Program-made: the position numbers and the translations under genes | The notes under the pieces: generated by a model | The model's database searches: none | What the model was told of the DNA's origin: nothing | What the model saw: the letters and a program-made list of their open reading frames with translations, nothing else | Shown: positions 50,046 to 64,000 of the stretch, one piece after another | Layout of the letters: each line of letters starts with the position of its first letter | How positions within the stretch are numbered: the stretch's first letter is position 1 | From: Dudresnaya verticillata | Lineage: Eukaryota | Reading direction: 5' to 3' | NCBI GenBank assembly: GCA_977862235.1 | Contig: OZ374565.1 | Span: 372,001 to 436,000, forward strand | Length of the DNA stretch: 64,000 nt

Positions 50046-51884
50046 ACATCACGGAGAACAATCTTGAGGACTGTGTGGCCAAGCAGGCTGTAGTTAATCC
50101 TGATGATTATGATCTTGGAAAGCTCGATGATTCCCTCAATGACTAGAAGCTCGGACGAGCGGATAGTGAACACAACCTAGAAGCCCAAGTTTAGCAGCTG
50201 ATCTTTGAATACACCAAGATCTTACAGAACTGTGGTTACAATAAGTTTGCCGAACGGCACCCGAAGCTTGCCGTGGAGCACATACTGAAGCGTATCACTC
50301 ACCCGTTCCTGAAGAACCGCATGATCATGACTGCGCGTCTGAAGAAGGACGAGGACTTTCACAAGAACTTCAAAGTTTTCGTACGAGAACTCGCGAAGGA
50401 GGCGCGGCTGATCGACCGCATGAACGCCGCCAAGAAATACAAAGCGCCCGCTACCGCTTTCGACAAGTTTGCTACTCGTGTTGCGGATGATCCGCCGCCG
50501 ACGGCGCCATACCGATCGGGTAGTTCCGGTTCCGGACGTAAGAATAAGAACCGTTGTAATAAAGGTGGTGCATCTGGCAGTACTGCAGAAGATGGGAACC
50601 ACAATCAAGACAAACCGTTCGGTGGTAACGATGGCAGAGGTAAACACTTTCGCGAACCTCCCTATTGTCTCAACCCAAAGTGCGACAAGCGCCATTGGGT
50701 TGATGACTGTGAAATAACTGCGGACGCAGAGAAGAAACGTCTCAAGGATGAGTGCCGTGCGCGTTCGCAAGCGCGCAAGTGATCGAAGCAGGACTCAGAG
50801 AAGCGAGAAAACATCGGATCTGTAGAACTACCTACCGAAGGAGAACACACTTCAATGTTCTCAGCCTCATTCTGTTCAGGTGCTGTAGAGGTGTCCGCCT
50901 TAACCGATCAAGGTTCGGATGCTAATCTAATTTCACCATCAGTACTGAAGGAGATCTTACAGGCTGACCCAGATGTTCGAGTTGTGACTCTACCAAAGAA
51001 GCTGGAGTTCTCCAATGCTCATTCTTCTGCGGTGAAGATCACGTGCAGCAGGCAAGTATCCGCTGACGTAATGCTACGCGTACGCCATGGTACGAACCTC
51101 ATGTTGCGAGGAATGAAGTGGCTGGTCACAAACGCTGCAGTACAGCACGTTTATGTCGGACGACATGTTCTCGCGTCTATAGGGTTGAACAACCGTGTCA
51201 TGCTCGAGTTCGCGGCTGATAGATTCGGAGGAGTCGTCGACGTCCCAGAAGTTCTTCATAAGGATGGGAGTGGCGACAATCCTTGCGCCGACGCCGGTGC
51301 GTCTATCCATGGAATCCTTCGCGAACGCGGTTTGGATTTCGGAAGCACCTTCCACAGCAAAGGGGGTGCTGAGGACGATCAACTCGAAGACAGTAACGTC
51401 TACGTCGATCTTGGCGAGGACTCGCCGGATGATTTGAAACAGGCGATCGCCGCAATGGTCGAAGACGCTCGCAACAATGGACTGAGCGATACCGGAGCCG
51501 AACGGCTGACCTCTATCCTGGACAGGTACCCGGTTTTCGGATTCGGCTGGGCAAATCCCAACCAGTCGACGTTCCGCCAATGAGGGTACGACGTCAACAA
51601 GGATACCGACCGGTACGTTTGAAAGCAAGGAGATACTCCGGTGAACAAAGGAACTTCCTGAACGCGCGCGTCGTACGCGTACGTGGATCGGCTCAAGGAG
51701 ATGGAATTTTCGAGGAGATGACAACCGCCGAATGGCAAGCGGCACCTCTCCTTGTGCCGAAGCCTGGTTCCAGAGCTGGGTATCGTATGACCGTGGACCT
51801 TCGCCCGGTCAATGGCGCGACAATCAAAGAGTCGTGGCCAATGCCTCATCTGGACAGCGAGGTGTATGATTTCTCAGGGAGCAC

Positions 51885-54800
51885 TGTGGTGCAAGGGAAG
51901 GGCTGCCCCTTTTTCGCTGTGAGCGTATTATATGCCAACGTCTACCGACGGCACGTCGACCGCCGTTGGCGCGCGAACACGTCATGGACGGTTGGCCCAC
52001 GGGCATACGGCCGCCGTTACCCGGCGCGGCGCACGCGCCCACTGTACGGCCAGATCCAGATGCACGATCCGGATCGGCCAGGCGCAAGGCGCACGCCTGT
52101 AAGCCTGGCCCGGATCCGGATCGGATCCGGATGGGACATCGGGATCCGGCATCGGGATCCACAGTGATGTAAGGAGCGCGTCTGTAATGGCCGCGCGCCA
52201 GCAATGCTGGTAGGGATCTGGATCCGAATCCGGATCACCCACAATGCTACACGCATGCGCCTATAAGCTACTCCTGAGCTCCCGCGCGCGCGGCTGCATG
52301 GCGACGACGACGTGTCAGACACTCGACGACGCGACACGCGTCCTGAGTCCCCGCGCACCGCGCCTGCCGCCGTCACTCACGTAGTATATGAGGTAATCCG
52401 TCTGAGACGCTGAGTAAATCCCGGACAAGCCGGCCTTGGTCCAGACTTCCCCGTTCCGCACGCGCGTACCCTACCGCTGCCTACGGCTAAGCGTCTACCT
52501 CCCGTGCTTCTACGTCTACCATCGTCCTTGACGTGCTCCCTTTCTGTTTCCTTTCCCCTTCCTTCACACCTTCCGCCTCGGGCGTCTACAGTCCGCCCAA
52601 GGCGTGCCCCTTTTGCTCTACCAACAACTCGCCCACGGCGGGACCACCTACCGCCAAGGGCGCAGCTACCCACCGAGCCCCGCACTGCTCGGCGGTCTAT
52701 CGTCTCGGACGTTTTGCACCACATCTGGTCTCCCGACCTAAAATTGTGCTACGTTTCAACGAGTTACTCCGTCGTGCGACGTCCGACTCTTCGTCTTCAG
52801 ACTTTTGTCGCTAATCGTCCACGACGTTCAAGCAACTCTACGATTGTATCATGGCCTCACGACCGCCGCCGTCGAGAGGCCCAAGTTCAAGAAGACCGTC
52901 TTCGACGCCAGGGAGTGTACCCGCGTCACAAGCGCCCTCGGAATGCAGCCGCGCGCCTGACACATTTGCCCACGCCACCGCGCGCGCCGCGCTAATGCTT
53001 ACACCTACACGTGTTCACACACCGCGCTTACAGACTCTTGGTCCCATTGTCCTCCGCTGCCCTGTGACACGTGCCACGTGTGCAAGTATGCCACGGGGCG
53101 CAGCAGCGTGACCCAGTAACTACACCTCACGCGTTCTCTCAACCCGACATTGCCGTCACTATCCGCTGTGAGCGGGAGGTCTGGTTCTTGACCAAGTTGC
53201 CCGACAAAGTCGAATGACTGTGTCAGGCGCGCGGCTGCATTCCGAGGGCGCTTGTCACACGCACGACGGAACGACACGTGTCCTGAGTTCCCGCGCGCCG
53301 CAGCGCCACCGCCGTCGCCCACGCAGCAGTAGTAATACTTAGGTAACCCGTCTAGGACGTCCCAGTAAACCCCGGCAAGCCGGTATGCCTTCACACTTCG
53401 CCCCTTCGCTCGTTAGCGTCACTGCCGCTACCGACGTTGGCTACGCGTTGCGACGATCGCGCTTCCGCGTCAATGTCCGTCTTTGACGTGTATCCCCTTT
53501 TGTTTTCCCCCTTTATGGCCTTGGTAGCCGAATGCCCCTTCCCGCTAGTGTGTGCGTCGCCACCGCTTCCGTTAGGCAAAGCGTCGGTACCACCGTCCCT
53601 CCACGTGCAACACCGTCGTTGACGTGTTTCCATTTCCGTCTTGTCTCGTTTCTTTGGTTTCGATCTACCTACCGCCCAGGGAGTTTACAGTCCGCCTTGT
53701 GGCGTTGTCCATGCTCTACCACCCCTACCGTCTCTGACGTGCTACCCGCCGGGTCTCGAACTGCTCGGGCGTGCTTTTCCGTCCTAGACGTTTTGCACCA
53801 CATTGGTCTCCCGACCTAGAAAGTGCTACGTTTCTACGAACTGCAACGTCGTGCGACGACCGATCAACCGCTTTCAAAGCGTTTCGCTACTCGTCCACGA
53901 CATTTTTCTACATTTTTGAGAATACTGTGGGTTCGTCCCGACCATCACTGTCTCCTGGGTCCTCTTCAAGGCGCCCGTCATGGACGATTGGCAGTGAGCC
54001 ATCGTTCGAATGGTCAAGACGCATGACGATGAAGTCGGAATACCGTGTCCGCCCCGTGTTTGCTTCGGCTCTCCCGGCTATGCCGATACGCGACGTTTCC
54101 GACCGTTCGCCTAACAGGGGATCGTTATATCCCCTGCCGAACGTGTCGTCATCCGTATTTCCGCCTCTGGCGAGTCTGCCCTCCGTGCATCCGAGCGCTC
54201 AAGTTCAAGTCGAACAATAGAGCGTCGATGACGGAGCTCAAGCCGGCTTGGCCGAGGATCCACTGGATATTGTGATTCCGGACACCCATCCCACCAAAAA
54301 CGTCGTTGACGTTCAAGACCGCAGTACGCACCAATACGTCTTTGACGATTCATCGGTTCGACAGAGTCGGTGTAACACTTACCCGTCTTGAGACGTTGGA
54401 AAAATATCGAAATCGGGCCCTCCGGGGTCTCCACTTGGTTGTTGATCGTTGTTGACGTTCTGCACGCGACTTCGCGTTCCATGCCCGGCGTGCCGCTTTG
54501 CACCGTCACAGACGATTCATTCGCATGGTTACTCACGACATGTGGACCATGTTGCCTTTTCCGTCACGGACGATCACCGATGCGTAGTCAGCCGCACTAT
54601 CTCGCTTAAGCGATTGATACCGTCATCGACGCTTGGAACGCGACCAACCGTCTCATGGCGCATTTTAGCGTCAAAGACGATTCTTGGATCGTGGTTACTC
54701 ACGCCATACTGTGTTTTCCATCATCGACGATTGCAGACTCGTGATCACCCGATCCCTCTTGCGGTATATCGTCGTCGACGTCGAGTACACAGAAGCCTGG

Positions 54801-57800
54801 CACATGTGGTTTCCTTATCGTCATGGACGTTTCATGCCACGATAATATCGGTGCCATGCTGCTCTCTACCGTCACCGACGATTCCCGCTCTGCTGCAACC
54901 GGCCTATTGCCTTGATATCCCGTCAATAACGTTTCGCCGTATTCGCTTTGCGACATGTTGCTTTTTACCGTCATTGACGTTTCCTGCTCTTCAGTCGCGC
55001 GGTGAAGCCCACGCAACGTCGCTTTATACCGTCACTGACGCTTTGCAGCACTTGGTACCCGTGGTCACAAGCAAAGACAGCTTCGTATCGTCTTCGACGT
55101 TTCGTATCGTCATCGACGTTCTAGTGCATTCGGTCAGCCACTTAGTGCGATATAGCACCGTCGTCGACGTTCTCCGGCTCGTGGTCATCCGAAACGTGCC
55201 GTTTCCTGTCGTCATCGACGTTTCGTATCGTCATTGACGTTTTGGTGCGGGTCGCGGCTCGCACACGGCTCGCACAACCCTGTGCTATGCCGAAATACGC
55301 CGTCACAGACGTTCTGCCGTTGCGCGTTCACTCGCAGCACACAGAGACGTTTCCCGGCTTGCGAATCACCGCGCCATGCCAGCTCAATACCGTCATAGAC
55401 GTTTTCCCGGCTCGCGGTAACCCGTGCAGTGCCATTTGGTGCCGTCGTCGACGTGCTCAGGCTCGCGGTCTCCGGCAACGGCGTCTTCGAATCGTCATCG
55501 ACGTTTTGTATCGCTATTGACGTTTTAGTGCACGCGGTTGCCCTCCTCGAGCCACACCTCACCGTTGTCGACGTCTTAAGGATCGCGGCACCCGCAAAGT
55601 GCTGCTTCATACCGTCATCGACGTTGCGTGTCGTCATTGACGTTACGTGCACGCGATCACACGCGAACTGCCAAGTTTACCGTCACAGACGTTTGCAGAC
55701 TCACGGACAGCTGCCATGTGCCGCTTCGTACCGTCATTTCACAGTCATGGACGTTTTGGTACTCGGGGTCAACCGCATGTGCCGCCTCGTGCCGTTACCG
55801 ACGTTGAATATCGTCATTGACGTTTTGTTGTACTCGGTAACCCATGCCGTTCCACTTCGTACCGTCATGGACGTCTCATATCCTCATCGACGTTTTTAGT
55901 AGGGGCAGGCTCCTAACACGGCCGCTCAATATCGTCATCGACGTTGCATACCGTCATTGACATTTTGGTCAACGCGGTCACTCTTGTCGACCCCTTTTGC
56001 AACGTTGTCGACGCTCAATAGCGTCATTGACGTTTGGGACACGTGGTTACCTCCACTGTGCACCTTTTCACCGTCGTCGACGTTTGAACGTTCGTGGTCC
56101 ACCCGGTCACCCGCCACAGCTGCTTCTTATCGTCATCGACACTCAATGTCGTCATCGACGTTTTGGGGCACGCGCTTACCTGCGAAGTGCCCCGTTTCAC
56201 CGTCATCGACGTTGGCACGTTCGTGGTCACCCTGAACGAGCCGCTTCGTATCGTGATAGACGTTGCATATCGTCATTGACGTTTTCGTTCTCGGGTAAGC
56301 AGAAATGTGCCGAATCTTATCGTTATCGACGTTACATATCGTCATTGACGTTTGAGGCCACACGGTGATCCGCCGCGGCCGCTTTGCATCGTCATTGACG
56401 TTTTCCGGCTGAGGCGCACTCGCGCCCTGCCGCGCTATATCGTCCGAGACGCTTCCGGGCTGGCGCACAACTGCGCCATCCCAGGATATACCGTCTCAGA
56501 CGTTTTCTGGCTGGCGCACACCCGCGCCATGCCGCGCTATATCGTCCTAGACGCTTCCCGGCTGGCGCACACCTGCGCCATCCCAGGATATGCCGTCTCA
56601 GACGTTTTCTGGCTGGCGCACACCCGCGCCATGCCGCGCTATATCGTCCTAGACGCTTCCCGGCTGGCGCACACCTGCGCCATCCCAGGATATACCGTCT
56701 CAGACGTTTTCCGGATGGCGCACACCCGCGCCATGCCGCACAATATCGTCACAGACGTTTTCCGGCTGGGCCGCACCCGCGCCATGCCGCGCCATATCGT
56801 CAAAGACGCAACCGCACGCATTAGCGTTTTTCATACCATCCCTGACGATCACGCCCGCCGATGGCGGTTCACTGCACGCCGCGCCGAACGTAAGAGCCCC
56901 CGACGCATGACTGGTGCGCTCCGCCTTACAGACGAATGGCCTGTGCACAAGGAAATCAAGCGCTAATTGGTGCGCTTCAGCTTACACCCAAATTGGATGG
57001 TGATTGGTGCGCTTCGCCCCGCGCGCAAATTGGACACTCATTGGTGCGCTTGAGCTTACAGGCACGTGACCTGTGCGCCAGGAAATTGAACGCCCATTGG
57101 TGCGCTTCGCCTTACACCCAAATTGCGCGCTCATTGGTGCGCTTCGCGCTGCACGCAAATTGGACGTTGATTGGTGCGCTTGGGCTTACAGGCACGTGAC
57201 CTGCGCACACCCAAATTGAGCGCTCATTGGTGCGCTTCACGCCGCACGCAAATTGAACGCTGATTGGTGCGCTTCTGCATGCCGTCAAAATTTATCGTTT
57301 ATTTATGCGCGTGGACGCCCGGCTACTGCGCAGCGCTGGTAGCCGCCCTACACGGGGATAACCGTCTTGGACGTTCTACCACCGGTGACCTCGGAGCCCT
57401 GGGCACACCGCTACTAGTGAATTGCTCAAGTCGTCTTATGACGGGAAACTCGGCAACGCCGCACGTCCTTGAGGGGAATGGAAGTGACATAACCACGGCA
57501 CGGCCGGTAATAATACGTTCCTCACGAATTTGCTTCGCGTGTTCGCGTTTTGGAAGGGGGCCATATGGTGCAAATTATCCAACGCCGCTGGCGCTCTGTA
57601 CCGTCCTAGACGGATAGCTCCCGTCTTTGACGTTTCTACCGCCTTTGGCGACTGGGATTGAGCTCGAGGCGCGAACCCGCTCGTGATCCCTGTTTCCGCC
57701 GATGGCGCTAGTCATTCGACTTTGTCGGGCAACTTGGTCAAGAACCAGACCTCCCGCTCACAGCGGATAGTGACGGCAATGTCGGGTTGAGAGAACGCGT

Positions 57801-58983
57801 GAGGTGTAGTTACTGGGTCACGCTGCTGCGACCCGTGGCATACTTGCACACGTGGCACGTGTCACAGGGCAGCGGAGGACAATGGGACCAAGAGTCTGTA
57901 ACCGCGGTGCGTGAACACGTGTAGGTGTAAGCATTAGCGCGGCGCGCGCGGTGGCGTGGGCAAACGTGTCAGGCGCGCGGCTGCATTCCGAGGGCGCTTG
58001 TCACACGCACGACGGAACGACACGTGTCCTGAGTTCCCGCGCGCCGCAGCGCCACCGCCGTCGCCCACGCAGCAGTAGTAATACTTAGATAACCCGTCTA
58101 GGACGTCCCAGTAAACCCCGGCAAGCCGGTATGCCTTCACACTTCGCCCCTTCGCTCGTTAGCGTCACTGCCGCTACCGACGTTGGCTACGCGTTGCGAC
58201 GATCGCGCTTCCGCGTCAATGTCCGTCTTTGACGTGTATCCCCTTTTGTTTTCCCCCTTTATGGCCTTGGTAGCCGAATGCCCCTTCCCGCTAGTGTGTG
58301 CGTCGCCACCGCTTCCGTTAGGCAAAGCGTCGGTACCACCGTCCCTCCACGTGCAACACCGTCGTTGACGTGTTTCCATTTCCGTCTTGTCTCGTTTCTT
58401 TGGTTTCGATCTACCTACCGCCCAGGGAGTTTACAGTCCGCCTTGTGGCGTTGTCCATGCTCTACCACCCCTACCGTCTCTGACGTGCTACCCGCCGGGT
58501 CTCGAACTGCCCGGGCATGTTTTTCCGTCCTAGACGTTTTGCACCACATCTGACACGTCGTCGTCGCCATGCAGCCGCGCGCGCGGGAGCTCAGGAGTAG
58601 CTTACAGGCGCATGCGTGTAGCATTGTGGGTGATCCGGATTCGGATCCAGATCCCTACCAGCATTGCTGGCGCGCGGCCATTACAGGCGCGCTCCTTACA
58701 TCACTGTGGATCCCGATGCCGGATCCCGATGTCCCATCCGGATCCGATCCGGATCCGGGCCAGGCTTACAGGCGTGCGCCTTGCGCCTGGCCGATCCGGA
58801 TCGTGCATCTGGATCTGGCCGTACAGTGGGCGCGTGCGCCGCGCCGGGTAACGGCGGCCGTATGCCCGTGGGCCAACCGTCCATGACGTGTTCGCTCGCC
58901 AACGGCGGTCGACGTGCCGTCAGTAGACGTTGGTATATAATACGCTCACAGAGAAAAAGGGGCAGCCCTCCCCTTGCACTACA
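51885..58983. mobile_element. Composite TIR-bounded insertion, copy 2 (7,099 bp, no integrase)
   Basis: AGCAC TSD at 51880-84 / 58984-88 and the same inverted C termini. Confidence 0.93.
53220..58548 (+). mobile_element. Near-complete non-autonomous LTR element D (LARD-like)
   Basis: Partial 5' LTR 53220..53802, PBS at 53804, about 3.76 kb non-coding repeat interior, PPT, and 3' LTR 57564..58548. Confidence 0.88.
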
Positions 58984-61900
58984 AGCACGTGTTTCGCCTC
59001 CCTGGATTTCGTGTCGGGTTATTGGCAGCTTCCACCGCATCCCGATTCCTACACCGCGTGTGGCGTCATCACACCGCGCGGGGTAATGATATCAAAACGC
59101 GTGTTGGATGATCTGGCGAACGCCCTGGCTTTTTCCAGAGCTCGGTCGAGCCTCTATTCGCCAGCCTGCGTGATTTTCTGAAGGCATGGCTGGACGATTT
59201 CAGCCTTCACGCCCCATCCCAGGAGATTCTTTTGGACAATCTCGAGATTTTTCTCTGCATTTGTAAGGAGAAGAGATTGTGGCTTTCCGCACGGAAATGC
59301 AAACTCTTTCGCAAGAAACTTCGCTGGTACGGTCGCATTGTGTCTGGAGAAGGGTACACACTCGACCCCACACGTCTTTCGGGTTTGCAAGAAATGGGAA
59401 CCCCGAAGACTGCGGAAGAACTTGCGCAGTTCATCTACTGCTATCGCTGGATGTCGCTCGCCATCCCCGACTTCGCGCGCCGCATCGCGCCGCTCAACAA
59501 CATCTGGGAAGAGGCGTACGCCAAATCTGGAAGCGTACGAAGAGATCTATCCGCACGATCGCGCTCAGTAACCTGTCTTGGGGGTCCCCGCATGAGAAGG
59601 CCTTTCTCGATCTTCAAGACAGCCTACGGACCGCTGTCACCCTCTCTTATCCGGATCCGGACAAAGCTATTTGCGTATTCACCGATGCGTCCGAACGGTT
59701 CTGGTCTGTCGTTGCCACGCAGTGCGACGAATTAGATCTGAAGAAGCCGGTCGGCGAACAGAAGCATGAACCCCTCGCATTTTTGGGTTCCCAGTTTACA
59801 GGCGCATCGTTGAACTGGTATACCTTCGAGAAAGAAGGATTCGCGGTGTTCCAGACCTTTGAGAAACTCGACTACATGCTGCTTGGTCACGCGCGTACTC
59901 ACGCGTTCACGGATCATCGAAATCTAATGTTCGTGTTCGCACCTCTTGCGCTGGAACCAGCTCTTGGAAGGCACATTGTCTCAAAAGTTCAACGTTGGGC
60001 TCTGTACTTGTCCAAGTTCAGCTACGTCATTGAGCACATCAAGGGAGAAGAAAATGTGTTTGCAGATATTCTTACTCGCTGGGTCAAGGGCTACCGCAAC
60101 GAGAAGTCAATGCTATGCAGCGTTATACTCGGAGAAGCTGAACAGCTCATCCCTGCCGCCGACGCAATTGTCTGGCCGGATATCGAAGTGATTCGCGACT
60201 CACAAGCGTCTCACACACGCACTGAAGGAGTTCTCCTTGACGAGGATGACAGATTGTGGAAGAAAAGAAATCTCTTCTAGATTCCGAAGGAGGACCTCGA
60301 ACTCAAGCTCACAGTAATTGTGTGTTCACACTGTGGTACAATCGGACACCGAGGTATGGATGCAACCAAGAGCATCATACTCGAGAACTTTTGGTGGGAG
60401 ACCAAGAAGGAGGATGTCGACGAGTTGGCTCGCGGATGCCTACACTGCATCGTAACTCGTACGGGGGAGATCGTCCCGAGACCGCTCGGACACGCTCTGC
60501 ACGGCGAACGCCCTAATGAAGTTGTCCACGCCGATTTCCTTTCCATGGGTCAAGGTGTGGACGAGAAGAAATACGTCCTCATCATACGGGACGACTTGTC
60601 CTCGTAAATCTGGCTTTGGCCAACAGACGAGGCGGACGCCAACGCTGCCGCTGCTGTCCTGAACTCCTGGGTTGGCAGCTTTAGTTCTATGGATTGGCTG
60701 GTCAGCGATCAGGGCTCCCATTTCAAGAACAAACTACGCAAGGAGATGGTGGAAGAACTGCGTTCGCAACATCATTTCACCACGGCTTATTCTCCGTGGG
60801 CGAACGGTTCCGTCGAGAGAGTTTGCCGCGAAGTCCTTCGTGCGTGCCGCGCGCTGCTCAGCGAATGGAAGCTATCGCCGAAGGATTGGCCTACAGTAAC
60901 CGAGTAGAACATCATCAATCAAGCTCCGCTTCGGAAGCTCGGCTTCGCGACGTGGAAGTGCCAGGTGTACACCGCACTCCGCTCGAGGTCTTCACAGGAC
61001 ATCGATCTGTGCGTCCTCTACTGAGAGCCTTACCGAAGAACAAGTACCGGTCGGCCAAAACAATCGAAGAGCTACGCGCACGCGCGCTTCTAAACATTGA
61101 TCAACTCCAGGATGCGTTGTTCAACGTTCATCGAGATGTGAAAGAGATCTCAAGTGCTGCGCGGAAGAGAAAGGTTGACCAACACAACAAGCGCACGAAC
61201 GTTCACCGCGCTAACTTCATCGAAGGCGACTTTGTCCTCGTTCATCGCGCTCAGCCCGGTGGACACATGCTGAAATTGGTTTGGCGAGGACCTCGCCGCG
61301 TCACACAAGTCCGTTCGGAATGGGTCTTCGAGATACAGAACCTCATAACGGACAAAAGGGAAGTGGTGCACGCGCGCCGCTTACACCTTTACCGCTCGGA
61401 TATGGATGGCAAGGAAGTCCTTCCTGCACTGCTTAAAGCTGCGGAGCACTCCGAGACAAGCTACCAGATTGCCGAACAAATACGCGGCATCAGCGAAGTT
61501 GATGGGAACTCCAGATTCACTTGGAGTGGAGTGGGCTCCCCGATGAGGTCGACTGGACCTGGGAAACCTTTCGCCAAGTCTTCGAGGACATGCCTGGACT
61601 GCTCGAAGATTTTCTCCACACTGCCGGGACCCGCAGTCTCAAACGACGCGCGCTCGCGCAATGCAATTTCTCGTAACCAAGCTTCTTTGTTCACGCTGAA
61701 CAGAAGCTTGGGGGCACTGTTACACATAGCGCTCGCACTGTTTGGGAGCACTCCCTACAATGGGATCCCAAAGCGCACACGCGACGCTGCAGGGTAATTC
61801 CCTAGAATGGGAGCCTGCTGGGGAACGCACTGCTGAACAATGGCAGACCCCACGGCCGATCATGGCTATCGCGCACAGACCTGGTGAACCTGCACAAGGC

Positions 61901-64000
61901 AGAACTGCCGGTCTGACAAGGCGAATTTGCGTCCCTTCGGACAACCCTCTACATCTTATTGGCTAACTCTCAGGGTCCCCTAACAACAGGATTCAGACCT
62001 GAATGACTTTCCGTCCGTCCCCGACCCTCTGTGGGACGGCGGGTGTGAACACATCCACCTGTTCAGGTCTATCTGACTTGGAGCGGATCCCGCGAGCATG
62101 CGGGCCACAAATACTGTGGGTCGCTTTGAGCCGTCCGGCTGTAGAAATAATAAAGGCAGCACGCTGGCGTCGAACGACGACGACGAGGGACAACACACCA
62201 CTCCTCATCCACGCCGTGACTTTGCCTTCCACTTTGCCAACCCCAACTTTCTCTCTACCGACCTTTTACTTTTCCTTTTCGCGTTCGCGATCTACTGCTT
62301 CGAAGGCAAAAGCGGTTACGCGTCACAAGAGCAATGAGGAAGCGATGATTCTTTTTAATGAATGTGTACGGTGGTCTTATGCGTGGGGCTGTTCCCGACA
62401 GGCAAGCATACCGGTGGGGTTTGGGTCTATCCTATGGAAGGGTTTGAGTTATGTGAGAACCTAAAGGGTTTTTTGGGGGACCCGAAAGGGTAAATTCGTG
62501 CCTGCAGGCGTCTCGGATGGACGAGATTGCACCGACGATGGCGCAGAGATTACATGCGCCAAGTGATGGTAGCGAAAGGGCTTTCAGAGAATGGGCCAGG
62601 AGTTGGGCTTCTTCGTCGAAAAATGGGTACCGAGGCGGGATGAGGAACGTCCAGACGTGCCACTGATTTCCGCTTTCCTCCTCTGCGGTTCGACAACTTC
62701 AAGACAGGTGCTAACCGGTTTGCAGAGTACACAGGGCCAGGGAATCGCCCAGATAATTCCGCAAACCATTCTTGTAGCAGCGCTTCGCGCAATTCCCTCT
62801 GCGCTCCTGTGTGTCGGGGTGCTTGGCACCAAAAACACGTTGTGTAGTCTTAACAGCAAGTGTTATTTGAGCAAGCCGGGAGCTCAGAAGTTTTGCTACG
62901 TCAACAAGGTTTCGTAACCCGCGCGCATCATAGTGCCCTAAAACGTATGCTGAGCGTTAGAAAAGGATGTTCGATGCGGAAGAGGTCCCTGAGATCCTGC
63001 TAACGTGTGGCAGTGGTAACAAAATTGCCGTCAGGAACGCAAAAGCTGCTCTAGAAGTCACTCAGAGGGACACAGGTGTAGAGAAACCTCGGGGTAGAGG
63101 ACAGGAGTCCGTCTACAGTACGTTTAATGTGGTGAAGTGGGGTCGGCTGCGTACGAGCGCAGATGAAGTGCCTAGATACGCAGGGTAGTGTGCAATCGCA
63201 AGCGTAGGTTCAGATGCCGCAGGTCTTCACTTAGGCTGAAATGTATAGGACTATTGCCGATTGGCATCACAACACTTTACGTATTTGTACAGACGGACCT
63301 ACGCTGTATAGCGACTAACTTACCCAAGAGCCGGCAGCTCACACTGTTGCTCAGTCAGCAGTGGCTGCGACGCTTCCCCGGCTCGGGTTCACGGAGAGCG
63401 CCTCTGGGTGGCGCTTCGGCCAAAAGACACAGCCAATCATGGCGGTTTACATTTACGGTGCCGTCACGAAACGCAAACCGCGAAGCTCCGCACCAATTAC
63501 AAAGCGGAGCGCCGCTTAACATTAATTTTGTGCACTCTACAGTACGCACTGTACTCTAATTTATGGGAAAATTCCCCCGGTCAAGGACACGCGATGGACT
63601 CCGCGATAAGTTAGAGCGAGGATGGTATGCCGCGGCACGGAGGGGAAGGGTATTCGGTCAATGCAAAGTTTACTTAGGCGTTACAACGCGGAAAGGTCCA
63701 CTAGCTAATCGGGCGCTCCCCCACTCACACCAATCTACTATCCCTAGGGAGCGTCCGATGCGAGCACTACAATGAGGAAATGACGTCAGTCCGAGTCAGA
63801 GTCCATTAGGTCAATGACTTCGTTTGGGCGCAACGGCGGATTCGCAACGGGGCCTTGCCCTGGCATCATGGTCACGCGACGGACCTCGCGTACCATGCGA
63901 CGACCGCGGCCGCGCCGAGCTCCGACTCCCCGCGCCGTAACTTCACCACCCGCCTCGCTAGGCCCGGAATCTCCATCGCCAGACGGCGCGTCACCCTCCT

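Larger units (their letters stand above)
48357..62327 (+). mobile_element. Gypsy element A, copy 2 (LTRs 48357..48966 and 61718..62327)
   Basis: Same termini, nested insertions and disablements as copy 1. Confidence 0.95.
44492..64000 (+). repeat. Segmental direct duplication, copy 2 (runs off the window)
   Basis: Matches 1..22797 except for the interior of the composite insertion, scattered SNPs and an 8-bp indel. Confidence 0.97.

Overview
Eukaryotic, transposon-dense genomic DNA. A florideophyte red alga is my inference from the intron-poor genes, the secreted tandem-vWA gene and the Ty3/Gypsy lineages. The window holds one full unit and part of a second unit of a near-identical direct duplication: 1.. 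recurs at 44492.. with offset 44,491, then 41,211, then 41,203. Most of the unit is nested, decayed Ty3/Gypsy elements and solo LTRs, several with exact termini and 5-bp target-site duplications (TSDs). Host-type genes are an intact secreted 2x vWA protein with an S/T/P stalk, a full-length but disrupted RRP5, a WDR82/Swd2-like terminal exon and a 194-aa orphan ORF. Five things stand out. (1) A 10.4-kb insert (7.1 kb in copy 2) has a clean AGCAC TSD but is bounded by inverted 435-bp LTR 5' ends, with internal 1.37-kb inverted arms around a chromodomain integrase. (2) A non-coding LTR element has an interior array of about 50 CGTCRNTGACG dyads at 51/19-bp spacing with variable spacers. (3) Two different Gypsy families carry homologous, unrecognised antisense proteins. 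(4) A 197-bp LTR-like insert carries a tRNA-type Pol III promoter. (5) An 8-bp TGTGCACA remnant sits between a 5-bp TSD. Coordinates and mismatch counts were read by eye; no searches were run. Element letters A-J are my own labels.
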